DNA of 62,420 nt, counting the filler, from Sphacelaria rigidula (taxonomy: Eukaryota), in NCBI GenBank assembly GCA_964200075.2. It is 4 parts of 4 records of this genome, joined end to end, with 100 filler letters (N's around TTAATTAATTAA, not from the genome) between each part and the next. Parts side by side here need not be neighbours in the genome. Positions count along the whole stretch, not along the records: positions 46,893 to 62,420 come from CAXNAA020001711.1; 3 more parts are not named here. One strand, 5' to 3'. The notes under the pieces are model-generated. The model worked only from the letters and a program-made list of their open reading frames with translations. It was not told the DNA's origin and ran no database searches. Shown here piece by piece: positions 47,223 to 61,607 of this stretch (the first letter of the stretch is position 1; each line of letters starts with the position of its first letter). A program made the translations under genes and the position numbers.

Positions 47223-50200
47223 TCAAAGCGGGGCGTGGACGTCGTGGGTGTGGTCGATGTTGCGCTGGAGACCGCGGCGAAGTGCTTTGGAGTTGAGGCG
47301 CTGGAGACACCAGGATCCGCGTGGTGCAGATGGGCTGGTGGTGTATAGCGCTGGCCGAAGCTTGAGCTGTATGGGTCCAGGGTCATCGATGAAGCGCACG
47401 ATATATGTGTCGGCCGAAACCAGGTTAGCGGAGTGGGTCTGACCCAACCACCAGAGGTTGTCGCTGCCTTTGAACCAAAGGTAGCTGCCCTTGGGCAGGA
47501 GTCGCTGGTTCGCAAAGGACTTCGTCTTACAAGTCTTGGAGGGTAGAAGTTCGTAACCATCTGCGACAAAGCGTAGTCCCTAGTTGCGGTGAAGTTCGCG
47601 AGCTGCTGCGCCACGGCGCATATTGCGATATTTCTTGTTGTGAGCAAGATGCTGATGCTGGGATTGCGTCCAGTAAAGGAGAATTGCATGACGGTGCAAT
47701 TGCAAGTCGGATTCGCGTTCCCAAGACGCTCTTCGAAGACCGTGCCAGTGTGTCTTATACATGACAGCGATCTTGTCTCCTCGACCACGGGTTATCTGGT
47801 GGCCGGAAATGGAGGACACAGCCAACCGAAGGGGCTGTTCCGTCACGTCGTCGGCTGTGACGTGGTAGGGTGGGGACTTGGTCGAGTAGCTGTTGAGAAC
47901 GTACCGTGTGAGTCCGGCCGGCAGGCACTTGGGCATGTCGCTTGTATCATGTGGGTTCGTGCAGGGTTTGCATCTGTGCACGGAGACGCGGGGCTTGGTG
48001 TCTTTGCCCTGGAAATCGAGAGGCAAGTCGAGATAGAGCAGTTTGTCACCAACGGGTTTTCCATCCGGTGATGATGACGATGGTCCGACTGTCAGGAGTT
48101 TCCTGTCCAATTGAGAGACAATTTTGTCTTCAAAATTGTTTGGTTGGCTGCTTTGCTGGTGCCTTGGCGGATGGTCGACAAATTGTTGTAGATCCAAACC
48201 CAATCACCAACTTTCCAGTTAGGGCGTTTGTCCATGAGGTTGTAGAGAGCAGTGTTAGATTTCTCCAGGCGCGAGGCATTGATAGTGTGTTGTTCGCGCA
48301 CGAGGGTGAACGCTTTGCGTTGTCGTGCATGTGCGAGCTCGTTGTAGGATATCTGATTCTGATCCAATCCTTAGTGACCGTCGAACGTGTGTCGCTCGAG
48401 CACGGTGATAGGCAGCCGAGGGTAGCGTCCAAGATGGACTTCGTTCGGAAAAAAACCTGTGGCGGCATTAACCGACTTGTTGTAGGACAACATGATGTGC
48501 GAGAGATGTAGGTCCCAGTCATTTTGGCGGTCATTGACAACCATAGAGAGCATCTGGGCCATGGTGTGATTAACTCTTTCGGTACCACCGTTACCGTTCG
48601 GGTGGTAGGCGCTCGTGGCAATTTTGCGGATGCCCAGGAGCTTGTAAAGCTCATCCGAGAGGTCTGAACAAAATTGCTGACCATTGTCTGAAAGTAGTCG
48701 CTTCGGGCAGCCGTAGTGCTTAATGTAATCATGGACCAGTATGTCGGCCGTTCCGGCGGCAGTGAAATTTGCGGCGGTTACCGCTTACATAGACGCGTGG
48801 CGGCTAAAGCGGTCAGTGAAGAGTAAGTATAGGTGTTGCCGCGACCTGTGATCGGGAGAGGGCTGAAGTAGTCAAAGGACACAAGGTGGTCGGACTCGTC
48901 GGGGAGCCCCATAGAGATCACGGGCCAGCGTACTGTCTGTCGTGAAGTTTTTCGGGCTTGGCATTTAAAGCATCGCCGAATCCAGAAGCGGCTTACAATT
49001 TCCATGCCCACCCACCCGTAGAAGCGTTCCAAGAGCGCGAGGGTGCGGGTGACGCCAAGGTGGCATGGCAAGTCTGTATGGCAGCCTTTCATGACCCAGG
49101 GGCGCATTAATAATGGCACATGTATGCACGTTGGTTCGTCATTGAGTAGTCGAGCGGTGCTTCCCGTAGTTGAGGCGGCAATTACGCCTGTCAAGGGCGT
49201 GAGCTGACGTACGAGTAGTTGCACGCCTTCATCCGTAGTAAAAAGGGTGCCTTTACGCACGAGCTCGTATACGTCAGAAATAACTGGCGGTGACAGTGTC
49301 CCAACCGGGGCCAGAAGTGTGGACGGAAAAGGGACTGGACAGTCAAGCTGTAAGTACCGGATGGCTGCGCGACATAGTGGTTCTGCGTTTTGTTCACGAG
49401 CCCAATCACGGTGGGAGTAGCTGGCGAGAAACTCGCGTAGTTGGCCTTCCGCTGGCGAGCCGACCAAACATGGTAGGGCAGGCGGCGGGGGAACAGGCGA
49501 CGGGGCAGAAATATGGACGTCAAGATCTGTCTCGGGAGCAGGAGACGAGGCGTCAGTTCCGTGCTCGGGGGCAGAAGATGTTTGCGGCGCCAGTATAGGC
49601 GGCGAGGTTGTATCAGTGCGCGGCGAAGATTTTTCGCGGCGCGTGGCGCACGGTGCTGAAGTTTTTGCGGAGCTTTGCGTGTTGGTCCGTGAAACTTGTG
49701 CTGGGTGGCTCATAGATGTTGAAGGTGTTATTGGTGGCGGCGGGGCACTCGGTGTGGTGCGGGCGGCAGACCGGGAGCGCGTGTTGTCGGCGATAAGGTG
49801 GGTGACTGGAGGTGTCTCCGCGAAGAGTTTCGCGCGAGCACCGAAAGTGCGAAGATCGACAAAATCGGAGGGAGTGGGCTTCAACTCACCCAAGACGGCG
49901 TCATATGGTAGAGGGCAAGGTCCTCCCATATGCATACCGGTTTCCGGACACTGGAGGTCGAGGGCGTAAACGGGCGTTGAAAAACATCTGATCGCGTCAA
50001 TTCCGGGTTCATCGGGTTCCGTTAATCGGCAAGCCGGGCTGGAATCTGCGGCCGTAGGCGGCAGAGGCAGGCGGGAAAGAAGATCCGCGTTCCCGTTGGT
50101 TTTGCCTGGACGGTGCTTAATCGTATACTGATATGCTGTTAGAAATTCCAACCATCGTTGTACACGAGGGTTGTGTTCACCAACCTTGGCGAATTGTTCA

Positions 50201-53200
50201 AGTGCTCCGTGATCCGTATAGATCTCGAAGGACACGTGAAACAGATATTGTCGAAGGCGCTTAATGGCCCAAGTGATTACTCCGCCTTCCAGTTCTAGCG
50301 GGCTCCAATTGGCCTCGTTGGGCAGGGTAGGGCGGCTGATAAAAAGGATGGGTTGGACAGAGCCATCAACCTGGGGTTGATTCAAAACTCCTCCAAAACC
50401 ATTTGTGCTGGCGTCAGTATGGAGTTGGAAAAGGCGGGAGCCATCTTGTACTGTCTCCCAATCAGGAAAGCAAAGTACGGGTTTTTCGTTAAGCGTCTTG
50501 AGTAATTCGCGGGTGATAGTCTCCATTTCTGTGGTGAAAGAAAACATGGCTCCTTTCTTGAGTAGCTCAGTAAGGGGGCGAATCCGTTTCGATAGATTTG
50601 GCAAAAAATTGCGGTAGTAGGATAGCCCACCCAACAATGAGCGAAGCTGAGAAATGTTAGTTGGCATCGGTCATAGCCTTGATTTTTCTTGTATCCGGAT
50701 GCAGGCCTGCTGGTGAAATGAAATGCCCCAAGAAATCCAAGTCAGTCGCGCCAAGGCAAGCTTTGGATGGAGACAGTTTCAAATCGTGCGTACATAGGCG
50801 AGAGAGAAATTCTCGTAGAGTGCGTATATGTGCAATAGGTGAGGCATCGAAAGCGATAGCGTCATCCAAGTACATGATGGTGTGCCCGAGGCCCTCGGTG
50901 ACGCGTTGCATTAAGCGTTGAAACCATCCCGGGGCAGTGGCGGCGCCTTGTGGCATGCGAAGCCACTCATAGAGTCCGGACGAGGTGCAAAAAGCCGTCA
51001 GTGGGACTGTGTCAGGGTGTATAGCATTCTGAAAAAATCCAGACGCGAGGTCGAAGGTGCTGAATATTTTGCCTTCGCCTAAGGAGTCAAAGACTTCATC
51101 AATGCGGGGAATTGAAAGTTTACCGACGACAGTGACGCGGTTCAACCGTTGATAATTCACGGTGATGCGTATGTTTCCATCATTTTTGGGGACGACCACA
51201 AGTGGCGAGGCCCAAGGAGAGGAGGAATGTTGGATTAGTCCCGCTCCCAAATACGCATCCAAGATGGCGTTAACTTTCTTGGTAAGGATTGGGTTGGTAC
51301 GGTATGGCCGAGAAGATATCGGCGAGACACCGGGTTGGAGGGTAACCTCAAAGAGCAGTGTCTTGCAATGCCCAAGATCCGTCTTGGATCGAGAAAATCG
51401 GTCTTGGTACTGTAGCAGGACACCACTGAGTTCTTGGATGACTGCCGGTTCCCAGCCGGACCCATGAAGGTCAAAATTGATGTCGCGCATTTGTGGCGGC
51501 AGTTGGTACCACATGTGCAAGAAGCTATTCCGAGAATCTGGTGATAAGCGTTGAAGTACTTTAGCAGGACGATCGGAATTTGACTGGGCAGGATCCACGG
51601 TGTGGACCTGCGGTGGAGTAGCAGAGGCGACATCGAAGTAAGGTTCTTTGACACAATGTACTGACTCCGCCGCAGATGTGGTGTTTGGTGCGGCAGGCTC
51701 TGTGACGCACGTCTTGAGTGGGATGTACATCAGGGGAGCAGCGGCGATTCCTAAAACATCGGCGGGTTCCAAGTTAGCATGGCCCATAGGAGGGAGGAGT
51801 TGTTGTCCCGCCGACACAAAATGTTCTCTGTCGGCTGGTGCGCCAATACGGGGTAACATATCGGCAAGATAATGGCCCGTAAGTGCTGGCATGCCATTTC
51901 GGCGAACTAGTGCAACTTCAAGAAGTTGGGAGTCGTCGGAGAGTGTGATACCCACACTACCGTTATATCGTAGGTGGTAAGCAGCTCCGGTTGCTTAAGG
52001 ATTCTTCTGGTTGGCCAGGGTGCCGTGGAGAGTACCGAAGTGCTCGAGGTTGAATTTTCCATGCGGCGGGGAATGTGGCGTTAGTGGTGGAAGCTTGCGG
52101 TAGGTGCGTTTATTAAACTGCATATAGCTATCTCTGCCCAATAATATGGCGTGATGCATGGTGCTGTCGGGGATAACGTATGCCCAGACTGCCAGGCTGG
52201 CAGATCGAGTGGTGTTGTGAAAGAGTTGCACACTGAGTTTACGGATTTATGTGTCGTCAGTGGTGCGGCAGAATCACCGAAACCGCCCCACACGTGAGGT
52301 TTGGTGGTGGTTTTGCAAGCTGCAGTAGCAGCGCCGGTCTGCTTCATGTGTTTCCATGTTGATTCTCGAATAAATGTTTGCGGGGTACCGCTGTCGAACA
52401 AGGATACGCATTTCGTAGGCGTGATCGAGTTTGGACCGGAATGTATCGCAACGCGAGTAGTTAAAGAGGCCGGATCTACAGACACTTCACCGCCGACAAG
52501 ATCCGGACCATGTTCCGGCAAGGTAAACTGGTCAGGATCAGCGTGGCTGACAGTAAAAACGCATGGCGGGTGATCAGCCGGTGGGTCAGATGTCTCACCA
52601 AAGAAGGGGGTGGACGGTATATTATTTCCAGGTTTGGCACGGTCATTGACGATTTCGTAAATGATCGTCTTTGGTTGACAAGGATCACCGTCGAAGGGGG
52701 ATCCAGAATGTGCGGGGCTGGAGTCGTCGATCAGAGAAGTAGTGCCGTTAAAATCATGTGATTTTGTTTCTTCCGGGATACTTGATAGAGCAGTCGAGCT
52801 CAAATTCGTCGCATTTTGGAGAGACTGAGGTCGAGGATTTCCGCTCCAAAGAGGTGTACGTAATGATGCGCGCGCGTCCTTGGGGGCATGCTGACGGGGC
52901 TTTCTCTTTCGCCGTGACAAAGGTCGGGGAACTTCTCAAACATTTGGGGATGAAACCACAACTGCGTCCAGCTGCGTGGATGGGGTCAGCATCGGGGCAT
53001 GACGGAGCGAAACTCGTGGGCTGCTTTCCGTAGGCAAGCTTGGCTGTTGGGGCATAGCCGAAGATATGTGGGGGCGGTTGTTAGTAAAACCGGCCGAAGG
53101 TAGGTCCGTGCGTGTTGAAAATCGCGGGGAAGGAGCCCGATCGAACTGATTGAGAATTACATGATCCGATGAGATCAGATTCAAATCAGCAACACTTGGG

Positions 53201-53661
53201 TCAGCTGAAAAAGGCTTGCTGCTACCTGTGCGTGCGGCCGCAGAGGGTAACCTTTGCCTCAGTGACTGGCGGTTGGTCTTCCCACACCTCAGACTTATAC
53301 TCGGCACTGAAGGACCAAGTTCAGTGCCGGGTGGAGGTCTGAGTCGCGGGGTGACACAACTGTTACGCGGTGTATGGAGGGATGAAGACGGGGGTCGATA
53401 TAAACGGCCGTCAGTTGCACTCCTGCATAGTGTCGGGAGAGCCGGGTGGACAGTTTAAGTCGCGGGCTCTGCGGGCTGCGTTGAAAATTGTGTGGACGGT
53501 GGAGACGGGGGTCGATACGAGCGGCCGTCAGTTACGCTCCTGGATAGTGCCGGGGGAGTCGAGTGAGCAGTATTAGACACGGACTCCGCGGGCTGTGTGA
53601 AGAAAGTCTTCGCTCGTGCTATCGACGGCGTGGAAGACCGAAGAACGCCGGCGTCGGCACG
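47223..53661 (-). pseudogene. pol: Pol polyprotein: PR, RT, RNase H, INT, chromodomain, Tudor-like domain (disrupted)
   Basis: LFDSGTPQTFI (DSG at 52387-52395); RT ORF 50657-51955 with FSTFDLASGF and YLDD (50861-50872); RNase H to HHCC ORF 48778-50667; chromo ISGHQITRGRGDKIAVMYKTHWHGLRRASWERESDL; Tudor-like at ~47300-47500. Confidence 0.95.
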
Positions 53662-56600
53662 TCATGGATCTAAGCGATCCGAAGTGAAGGTACCAGGATT
53701 TCTGGTGTTGGGATTAGAACTTTGTCTCGGTCCCGTCCGCTGGTGTCTATCAGTGGAACGTTTGTTGTCGCGAGAATTTTGATCATTCTGGCGAGGGCTT
53801 CCGTAATTGTTGTTGTGTTGGCGACCACGATTAGAGCTCTTGTTGCCCCGGTGGTTCGAATTGTTGCGGTAATTTCGATTTGATGGACGATAGTCGCGCA
53901 TGTGTTTTTGCCATCGGCGCCACGCGGGTTCATTGTCCTGCAATTCAGGGTTCATGAGATCAAAGGCAGTGATGCATGGACTGTCACAGTCGCGCATGCT
54001 GTGGCCTTGAACACTACAGTTGATGCAACTGTTGGCATGACTGCTGAAGGCATCGCGTCTAGCGGAAGACGAAAGAAGTGGATTCCACAAATGGGGCTCA
54101 TCGGTTATAAATGCCGTTGTTGAAGTCGAATAAATGCCATCCCAAGTTTCCTCGGAAAACGGCCAATCATCAAAACTCGCGCTAAATGCATCTCTGGTAC
54201 CCTCAACATGCATAACTGAACCGGCGACTGAGTCGGAGGTTCATGAAGCGCGAGACGGGCTCGAATTCTTTCCACGAGCCTCTTGGGTATGAGTGGAGGA
54301 CACAACCGTAGGTTGTGAACGCACAGGCGTTGAAGGTTTGCCACGTATGGCAAGCGTTAGATTACCTTCTTGGTGTACAAAAACAGACCACATAGTATCA
54401 ACGGAGGAGTAAGGCACCTCGCGATGCGCCAAGACACCCGGAAACAACGACGGCATCAGAGCCGGATACTGTTGAGCAACGCTATTGCGGGCGTAAGTCT
54501 GACACATTGCGCCGCTCGGTCCATTCTGGCGTCTGACACCCGTCGTACCCGAAACCAAAAGCTTAAATTCTCGGAGATAATCCGCGAAGGGGACATCAGA
54601 GGCGACAGCAAAAAAACTCAGCCTCTGGATGGCACTGGCCTGGTCACGTTTATCGAAGTAATCGATCATACGCTTCTCCAAATCAGAGAGTATTAGGGGG
54701 CCTATCTTCCCCTTGGCACGGTCCGGGTTCATCTCGGCGAGGAAGTCGTCGAGAATCTGCGTTAAGGAAGCAGCGAGGTCCGGAGAGCGGCGGCTGATCG
54801 ATCGGTGCATTGCTTTGTGCAAGGGAGTCTGGCAGCTCTCTACCCAGTCGGAATCTTCGAAACGTTGTGTGCCAGTCACATCCGCCAAGTGAAGGATGTG
54901 ACAAACAGTGCGGCGGACGGACGTGATGAGGGCAGAAGTAAACTGGCTCGAATCTTCGTTATTCGCGGCAGACACGGTTTTGATGTGCCAGAGTTTTTTC
55001 ACATCCATCTGAATATACTGTCTCTGTATTGCAGCTACTCGGGTAGACTCAGCTCTATCGGAAGCTGCTTTTTTGCTAGCTTCGGAACGTTCTTTGTCAG
55101 CCGCAGCGGTTGCTAAGGCGCGGGCTGCAGAAGACAGGGGACGGTCAGGTGTATCCGTATCGGACAAACCTAAAATGCGGGCCGAAACATTAGCCAACTT
55201 GGGAATCACTTGCCTGAGGGTCGCCGAGTCCGAAGCGGGAAGATCTGTGTCAGACTTGTTCCAGCCGGGTGCCGATGAACCGTAAGAGTTACCTCCGTGG
55301 TTTTTTCGGTGCGGTTTGCGAGGCGGGAGGTTCGGTTCGGAACCGCCCGAAGAGGATCCCCACGGCGTGAATTCCCTCCATCGTTGTCGTCGTCGTCGCG
55401 CCTGTGATTCTTCTTCTGACCCCGGTAATTGGATGTTACGGGAGTCCACCCATCTTCATCGTCGTCTCCGTCGATGGTGGCGCCGGAATGAGTGTTGTAG
55501 GCGGCACGAAGCGCCGCAAAAAGTTGGAGGACCGCGTCAACGCAATTTTGGTGGTCCCGGTGATTGCCAATGGTCGTCTGCAGAACCAGTTGGCCCAAGG
55601 TGAGCACCGAGACGCCCTCCTTGGGGAGGAAGCCGTTCTGTTCGACGTAAACCCCAACAGTATAGAACATACGTTGGGAGATCAAGGCCCATGCGTCTTG
55701 GGAACAGTGGAGGTGGTTTTGGCGGTCAAAAGAACCGGTGTAAGTGGTCACAGGACGAGAAAGCCATTCTCGTTCGTGGGACACGAGTCGCAAGTTTTGC
55801 GCCGAAACGGGGCTCGGCACCGAGCTAACTTCTTGCGGTGGCGGTGTCGGAGGCGCCGTGGCGGCGGTAGCGGTCGCAGCAGACGACGTCCGGTCGGACT
55901 TACGTGGAATAACGTAAGTCGATCTGTTGGGCGCCGGCAGGTGGGTTCTGAGAAAGTTGTTGGCGGAAGGCAGAGAGGCTTGATGGTCGGATAGGCGCGC
56001 CACCGACGAATCCGCTGCTTGGGCTGTCCGCTAAGCATGATCGTCTAGCTCGCGGACCCGTCTTTGGGCCGCCATGGCCGCAGTAAGGCCCTCCTGTAGC
56101 GCTCGTTGTGCCGCCGTGCTCGTGGATTGAGCGTGGGAGGCCTGCCGCTGGAGGTCCTTCAGCATTTCTGCGTGCTCCTCTATAAAGAGGCGGGCAGCGG
56201 CGGCGTCAGCGTCACGTTGCTGACTAAGTATGTTTTGCGCCAATGCAGGCGCCTGAGATGTATAGTCGGCTTGCTCCACGCGGGGTCGGTTTGTGAACGA
56301 CCGTAAGAGTAGGCCGGTCGGGCATTGCTCGTCGCCGAGCGGAGGGAGGACCTCCACGGATGGGAACGGGCGCACAGGGGCAGTTGTGGAACCACTATCG
56401 GCGTCTGTGTCGACGGCCGACGGAGCGGCAGCGGCTGTAAGTGCTGTCGCGGGGGCGGCTGAAGGCGTAGCGGCCACAGTAGCGGCAGTAGTAGCTGCGG
56501 GGGCGCGGGTGGGCTTCGTGGCGGCGGCAGCGGATATGGAGGTGTCCATGGTGGACAGTTGCCTCTCAAGTTCTGTCAAGCGCTGTTGAAGACAACGAAT

Positions 56601-58032
56601 AAGCGCAGCATCGGAGCGGGAAGGTGGTTCGCGGTCAGTGCGTAGTCGTTGGGTTTGCGATGAGGTGCGGCCGGATCCTTCAATTGAGGATTCCGGAGCC
56701 GGTGACATGTCCGAAAATATGTTTTGGATATCATCAGCATGTACAGTGTTATCATTGCGTACATGGCGGCTGTGTGACAGATGCGGAGCAGGAGAGATGC
56801 GCGAGGGTGATGATCGGTGTTTTTCGAGCGCGAGTTAACGCGCGAAGAATTTGATCTGTGCCGCAAGGCATCCTCGCGAGTACGTCCACGGTTAGCATTC
56901 ACCGGGCGCTTCGAAACGCGTGATGAGTTGGAACTGTGACGTGAACTACCGTCGTAAGTGTAGCCATGAGTGACGTTCTTCGGGCGTGTAGAAACGCGCG
57001 ATGAATTCAACCTTTGCTGGGAGTTACCCATAGAACTGCCAGAACGGGAGACGTGGTCGTGACTAAGTCTCGGTGTGCGGCGCCGGTCAGAAGCGCGAGT
57101 ATGGCTCTGCTGCGACGTTGAGGAAGGGCTGGACTCATTTTCGTTGAATTTGTCATGAGTGACGAACGGAGAGCGCGATGTCGCCGAACGGGGCGCCAGA
57201 CGTACGGGTTCGAGCGTGGCAGGTGCAGAATCATCATTGAATTGCACATGAGCAGACGCCGATTGATCTTGGATCGTGGCGCGGCAAAAAGCCGTATGTG
57301 CCTCGATGAGAGCTGGCGCTGGCGATGTCGACGACGCTGATGAGGTGCGATGCCGAGTTCGCATGGCAGCATGCATGGCCACAACTGCCGGTCCGACATT
57401 GGACTGCGTAGTAGGGCGCACGGGACTATCGAGAGTCTTGCGAAGGGGGTCCGTAACGGAAGCATCCCGTGTGACAAAGTCTCTTGCTCCAAAAGCGATG
57501 CGCTTTGTAGGGGCAGAATCGTCTCGAGAGTTGTCAGCCGTCAAGCGACGGGGTGTCACAGTTGAAGCAACCTTTACAGGGCCAAGCTGGACTTGTGGAT
57601 CCAGGGGCGACTCAGCTGCGGGGGCACAATTCTGACTTCGGGTTCTACGTTGGGATTTGGAAAAACAGAACGCACCGAAGGGGGTGCAACGGAATCCACC
57701 GTTATGGGTTCACTGACATGTTTGTCAGGAACCAATGACTCGAATCACTCGGCCGGTCGCGCTACCATGTTCTCTGAGTCCGGGTCGGAACGTGAGAGAA
57801 CAGGTGTCGGCGTCAAACTCTTGTCTTCAAGACTTGAAGAACGAGCTTCGCTCGAAAGTTGGTCTTCAGATACCGAAGATCGAACAGTGCTCGCATACGT
57901 GCGGCGATGAGTTGAAGGTGACGTGCCACTCACCTTAAAAGATTTCGAACCGCCAATAGTTTGACTCCGGGTCCAACGAAGCGGTTGGTTCCCCAATAGC
58001 GGGGAAAAGCCAGCGTTATTTCTGTGCGACAT
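53662..58032 (-). pseudogene. gag: Gag polyprotein (disrupted)
   Basis: MSHRNNAG start; FFAVASDVPFADYLREFKLLV; intact CCHC knuckle CINCSVQGHSMRDC (~53986-54027). Confidence 0.85.
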
Positions 58033-60301
58033 GATAATCGTACGCAGCGTTTGTTTCTGAAAAGGCAGGTGCAGCGTGTCTGGTCTGCGGGCTCCAATCA
58101 AGGGAGCGTGACACCAAGAGATGCTACGTGCAAAAGCCGAAGCTTGTATCCGGAAATACTGGATAATGAAGCCTAATAGCGCCTGGGGGGATCGTGGGAC
58201 CTGATTCACCTGAGTATTTGATTCAAGCGAATTGCTGTATGTAACAACTGTGTCCGGGGTCTGGTTGATACAATTGTATTTAAGTTTTGGCGGTAATAGA
58301 GGTCAGCGGAGCTCGGAATTGTGCACAGAACAGACGTATGTCGTCGAAGAAAAGCAAAGACTCGATTGTCTGTTGCAGCGTTGGTACGTGGAAGTCGTAT
58401 AACTTAACGTGTTCCGGGTGTATCGTCACGGGCAGACTATAACTGTATTATCCCGGCACAAGCTGAAGGATGACTGGCGGTGTGCAAATGGAAAATAAGC
58501 ATCATTTTCAGATGGGCACGAAAATTGTGCAGCGTGAGGCAGCACAAAAAGCTTTTACAAAGCTTGGGTTGTAGACCGCGAAATCGGACTAGGTAGTGCG
58601 GAGCGAAGGCTTGTTACCCGACGGAGTTGAGGCGATGTATGTATGTGGAACAAGGGTGACGTGGTGCACAACAGGGGTAACGCTGAGAGCAGGTGCCGAA
58701 AAACTGTAGTGCACAGGCAAGGGGCACTGATTTCGAGTGCTGTCTGTTCAAATGGGCACGTAACGTAGGTTGAAATGTTTCAACGAGTATTATCGCAACG
58801 AAACCGTCTCGGAATACTAAATTTGTTCGTTCGAGAGGGGGTCAAAGGAGAAAACCTCACAGTACGTTGTGCTGTGTATTGTTGCTTACCACGGTGATGT
58901 ACCGCGTTGCCTTACGGTTGTGCGAAGTACAGAAGAGGGCAACAACAACAAAATTGCCACAAGCAACGAAGCTAAAGCTACAACAACAACAAAGTAGCTA
59001 CGAGCAACGAAGTTCAAGTGCCGGAACGGATCCAAATTTCGTGTACAGATGTCCCTTGTCACAATGTGGGAGCACGGGTTGTACTTGTTCAGTAATTTCG
59101 TGAAGGAAAGATACAACAGTTGCGTACGATCGATACTGAAAAATAAGAGCAGCAGCGTGCTGACTTGGCAGGAGCTTAGGTCAGGAACAGCGGCTGGCTA
59201 TGAACGACAGTGCGCCGTTGTGCACTGGTATTTTGTACAAACCTGTAGTAGAAGACTTCTTCAGCAGAAGGAAAGGGGGGCGAAACAAGACCGAATACAC
59301 GAGCCAACGATGGCTTGGCGCGTTGATCGTGCCTGACTGAAGGAATCACCAAGAGATTCGCCACGTGAGGTCGGAGCTGATGCCGTGAAACCTTGTGCAG
59401 GCGATGTCCAAATTGACAGCACGGCAAAAGTAGCAAGCAGTGCTCGTTGATCCCACGTAGCACAAGATGTGCAGTCAAGCGCTACAGCAAGTTGCAAGTA
59501 GCAGGGCACGAATATTCTTCACCAAGGGACACACGGGGCAGAAGCTTTAGAATCTACTGACCATCGAAAGCGATAGATTCGACTATAACTGTCCCGAAGG
59601 AAACGGAAGGGGGCAAAATGATCACAAAGCTGGGGTTACGCAGCTGGGCAGCAGAGATACAAATCGGTATCAAGAAGGAAACGCAATAGCCACAGAAAAA
59701 GCTCCTTAGTCAAACGCCGATGTAATGAAGAGCAAGCGGTAGTATATTGCAGGGACGCAGCTTGCAACCCAGGGCACAAGCTTACAAGGCGAGCAAACAA
59801 CCGACAGGCTGCCATAGCTTGTAAAAGCCGCACACAAGCTCAGCGTCCGAATATCAGACAAGTAGCTCACGCGGTGGTCCTTTTAACTTCTACTTGATTG
59901 CCTTGGTTCTAACGCCAGTACCCAATCAATCAATCCAATCCAAACCAGTCAATACGTCTCACCGATGGTTAGACTTCTTTTGCTGGAAAGCAGTAGGGGG
60001 GCAGTTGGTAGTGTTCGATGATGGGAGTTTTGGTCGTGGTTAGCGACCAAAGCCAGTATCATCCCTGTAATTATACAGGTTCACATTCGTACCCGATCAA
60101 CCTTTGAGCAGACCTGTAGTCTTGGCTACTGAAACAAAGCAAATAGCCAGACTCGACAGCGGGTCTGAAGCGGCATGACAATCAGGCTAATATGCGTCTT
60201 CATGACACGACCCAACCGTCCATATGTTCCGAGATTACCAACCGAGCCACGGCTACCGGCTACAATGTATACCTGAAAGTAGTACGCAATAATGTACAAC
60301 A

Positions 60302-60570
60302 TCCACTTCCTGCAACAGCATCCCCCCCCAAAGTGGCTGTTCTGAGGAGGCAAAATCTACACGTAAATCGAAATGACACAAGCCGACCATGACGAGAAGC
60401 TGGGAATTTTCCACGCCTGGGTTCGTTTCTGCCAATGTCGCCCATATGCAGCTCTTGATATGAAGCGCTGAATGCAGCCTGAAACCAAACGTCAGGCACT
60501 GTATGACCCCTTTCTCCGTGACAATTTCAGGCTACCTTTGTGGGAGGGGGGGGCTATCGCAGAAATTGTC
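60302..60570 (+). mobile_element. MITE family B with 4-bp TSD AACA
   Basis: Flanked by AACA at 60298-60301 and 60571-60574. Right TIR GGGGGGCTATCGCAGAAATTGTC; left TIR degraded; body matches 15284-15533. Confidence 0.8.
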
Positions 60571-60821
60571 AACAGCAGATAGGGTGGAACCCTAGGGAGG
60601 TATCGGGATATACAAATGGCTTCACCAAAACAGCACAAGAACCACAGTCCCCCGTCCCCCGCATCTACCCCAGTGCGACCACGACAAGAATCGCCATAAA
60701 AAAAGATGAGGGTTTTCGTTTTTCCGACTACTGTACTAAACTCCAGCTGGTTGGGGGGATACGACTCGTGGGGTTAAGTTGGTGGGGCCTTGGGATATAT
60801 ACGTATGGTAATCCGATCTTT

Positions 60822-61152
60822 TGTTGCAACCGGCGCTCTGCTCGACATACTCGCTGTGCGTCGGGGTATACTCCTTGTGTATGAGACGTACAGCATGGTG
60901 GTACAAGTCTCGGATGAGGCTACTCCTACAGTACTGCACGGTGACGTCCTGCCTGTTTGCTGCTGGGTGCACGGCCGGGTGGGGCGCGGGCGCCTTGTTC
61001 GGGCCGAGCCGTGCTATTGCCGTTCTACAGTTTAAATCGGCGTTTTGTTCAACGCACCTCTTTTGCACTGAGGCATGCACCTTGCGTATGCGACATGCAA
61101 CCTGGCGGTACAAGTCGCATATGAGGCTACTCATAATGCAGTTCTGCACGGG
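60822..61152 (+). repeat. Two diverged ~125-bp direct repeats about 205 bp apart
   Basis: GGTACAAGTC.C..ATGAGGCTACTC...CAGT.CTGCACGG at ~60900 and ~61107. Confidence 0.7.
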
Positions 61153-61154
61153 AA

Positions 61155-61570
61155 AGGGATGGTTTGCTTCCGTACTTAATTGCTCTGCCTGGGCTGTGTT
61201 ACGGTAGATTAGAGAAAAAGGATGCTTCATTCCGATATATTATCATGTCTATGTCCGAGCTGTGTTATGGTAGGATAAGGAAGGGGGGTGCTTGACTTCG
61301 TCTGACTTCGTCTGACTTCGTCATTCCATATCTATGTCTGGGCTGTGTTATGGTAGGTTGAAGGACAAGGATGATGAGGTTTTTTACTTCATGTGTGTGT
61401 CCGTGCTGTGTTACGTTAGCTGTTAGCTTGGAGATAAAATATGGTCAGCTCCTTTTATTCATGTCTGTGCCTGGGCTGTGTCACGGAAGCTTAGAAACGA
61501 AGATGAGCAGCTTTGTCATTTCATATCTATGTCTGCGCCGTGTAATGGTAGGTCAAAGAAGAAGAAGGAG

Positions 61571-61607
<37 letters not shown>

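Larger units (their letters stand above)
47085..60207 (-). mobile_element. Ty3/Gypsy LTR retrotransposon, copy 2 (decayed; 3' end missing)
   Basis: Colinear with copy 1; begins TGTCATG at 60207; same domain order. Confidence 0.93.

Noticed and set aside
31953-60207. Apparent 28-kb inverted duplication / tail-to-tail Gypsy pair
   Set aside because: The copies lie on separate contigs joined by an artificial spacer, so their relative orientation is arbitrary.
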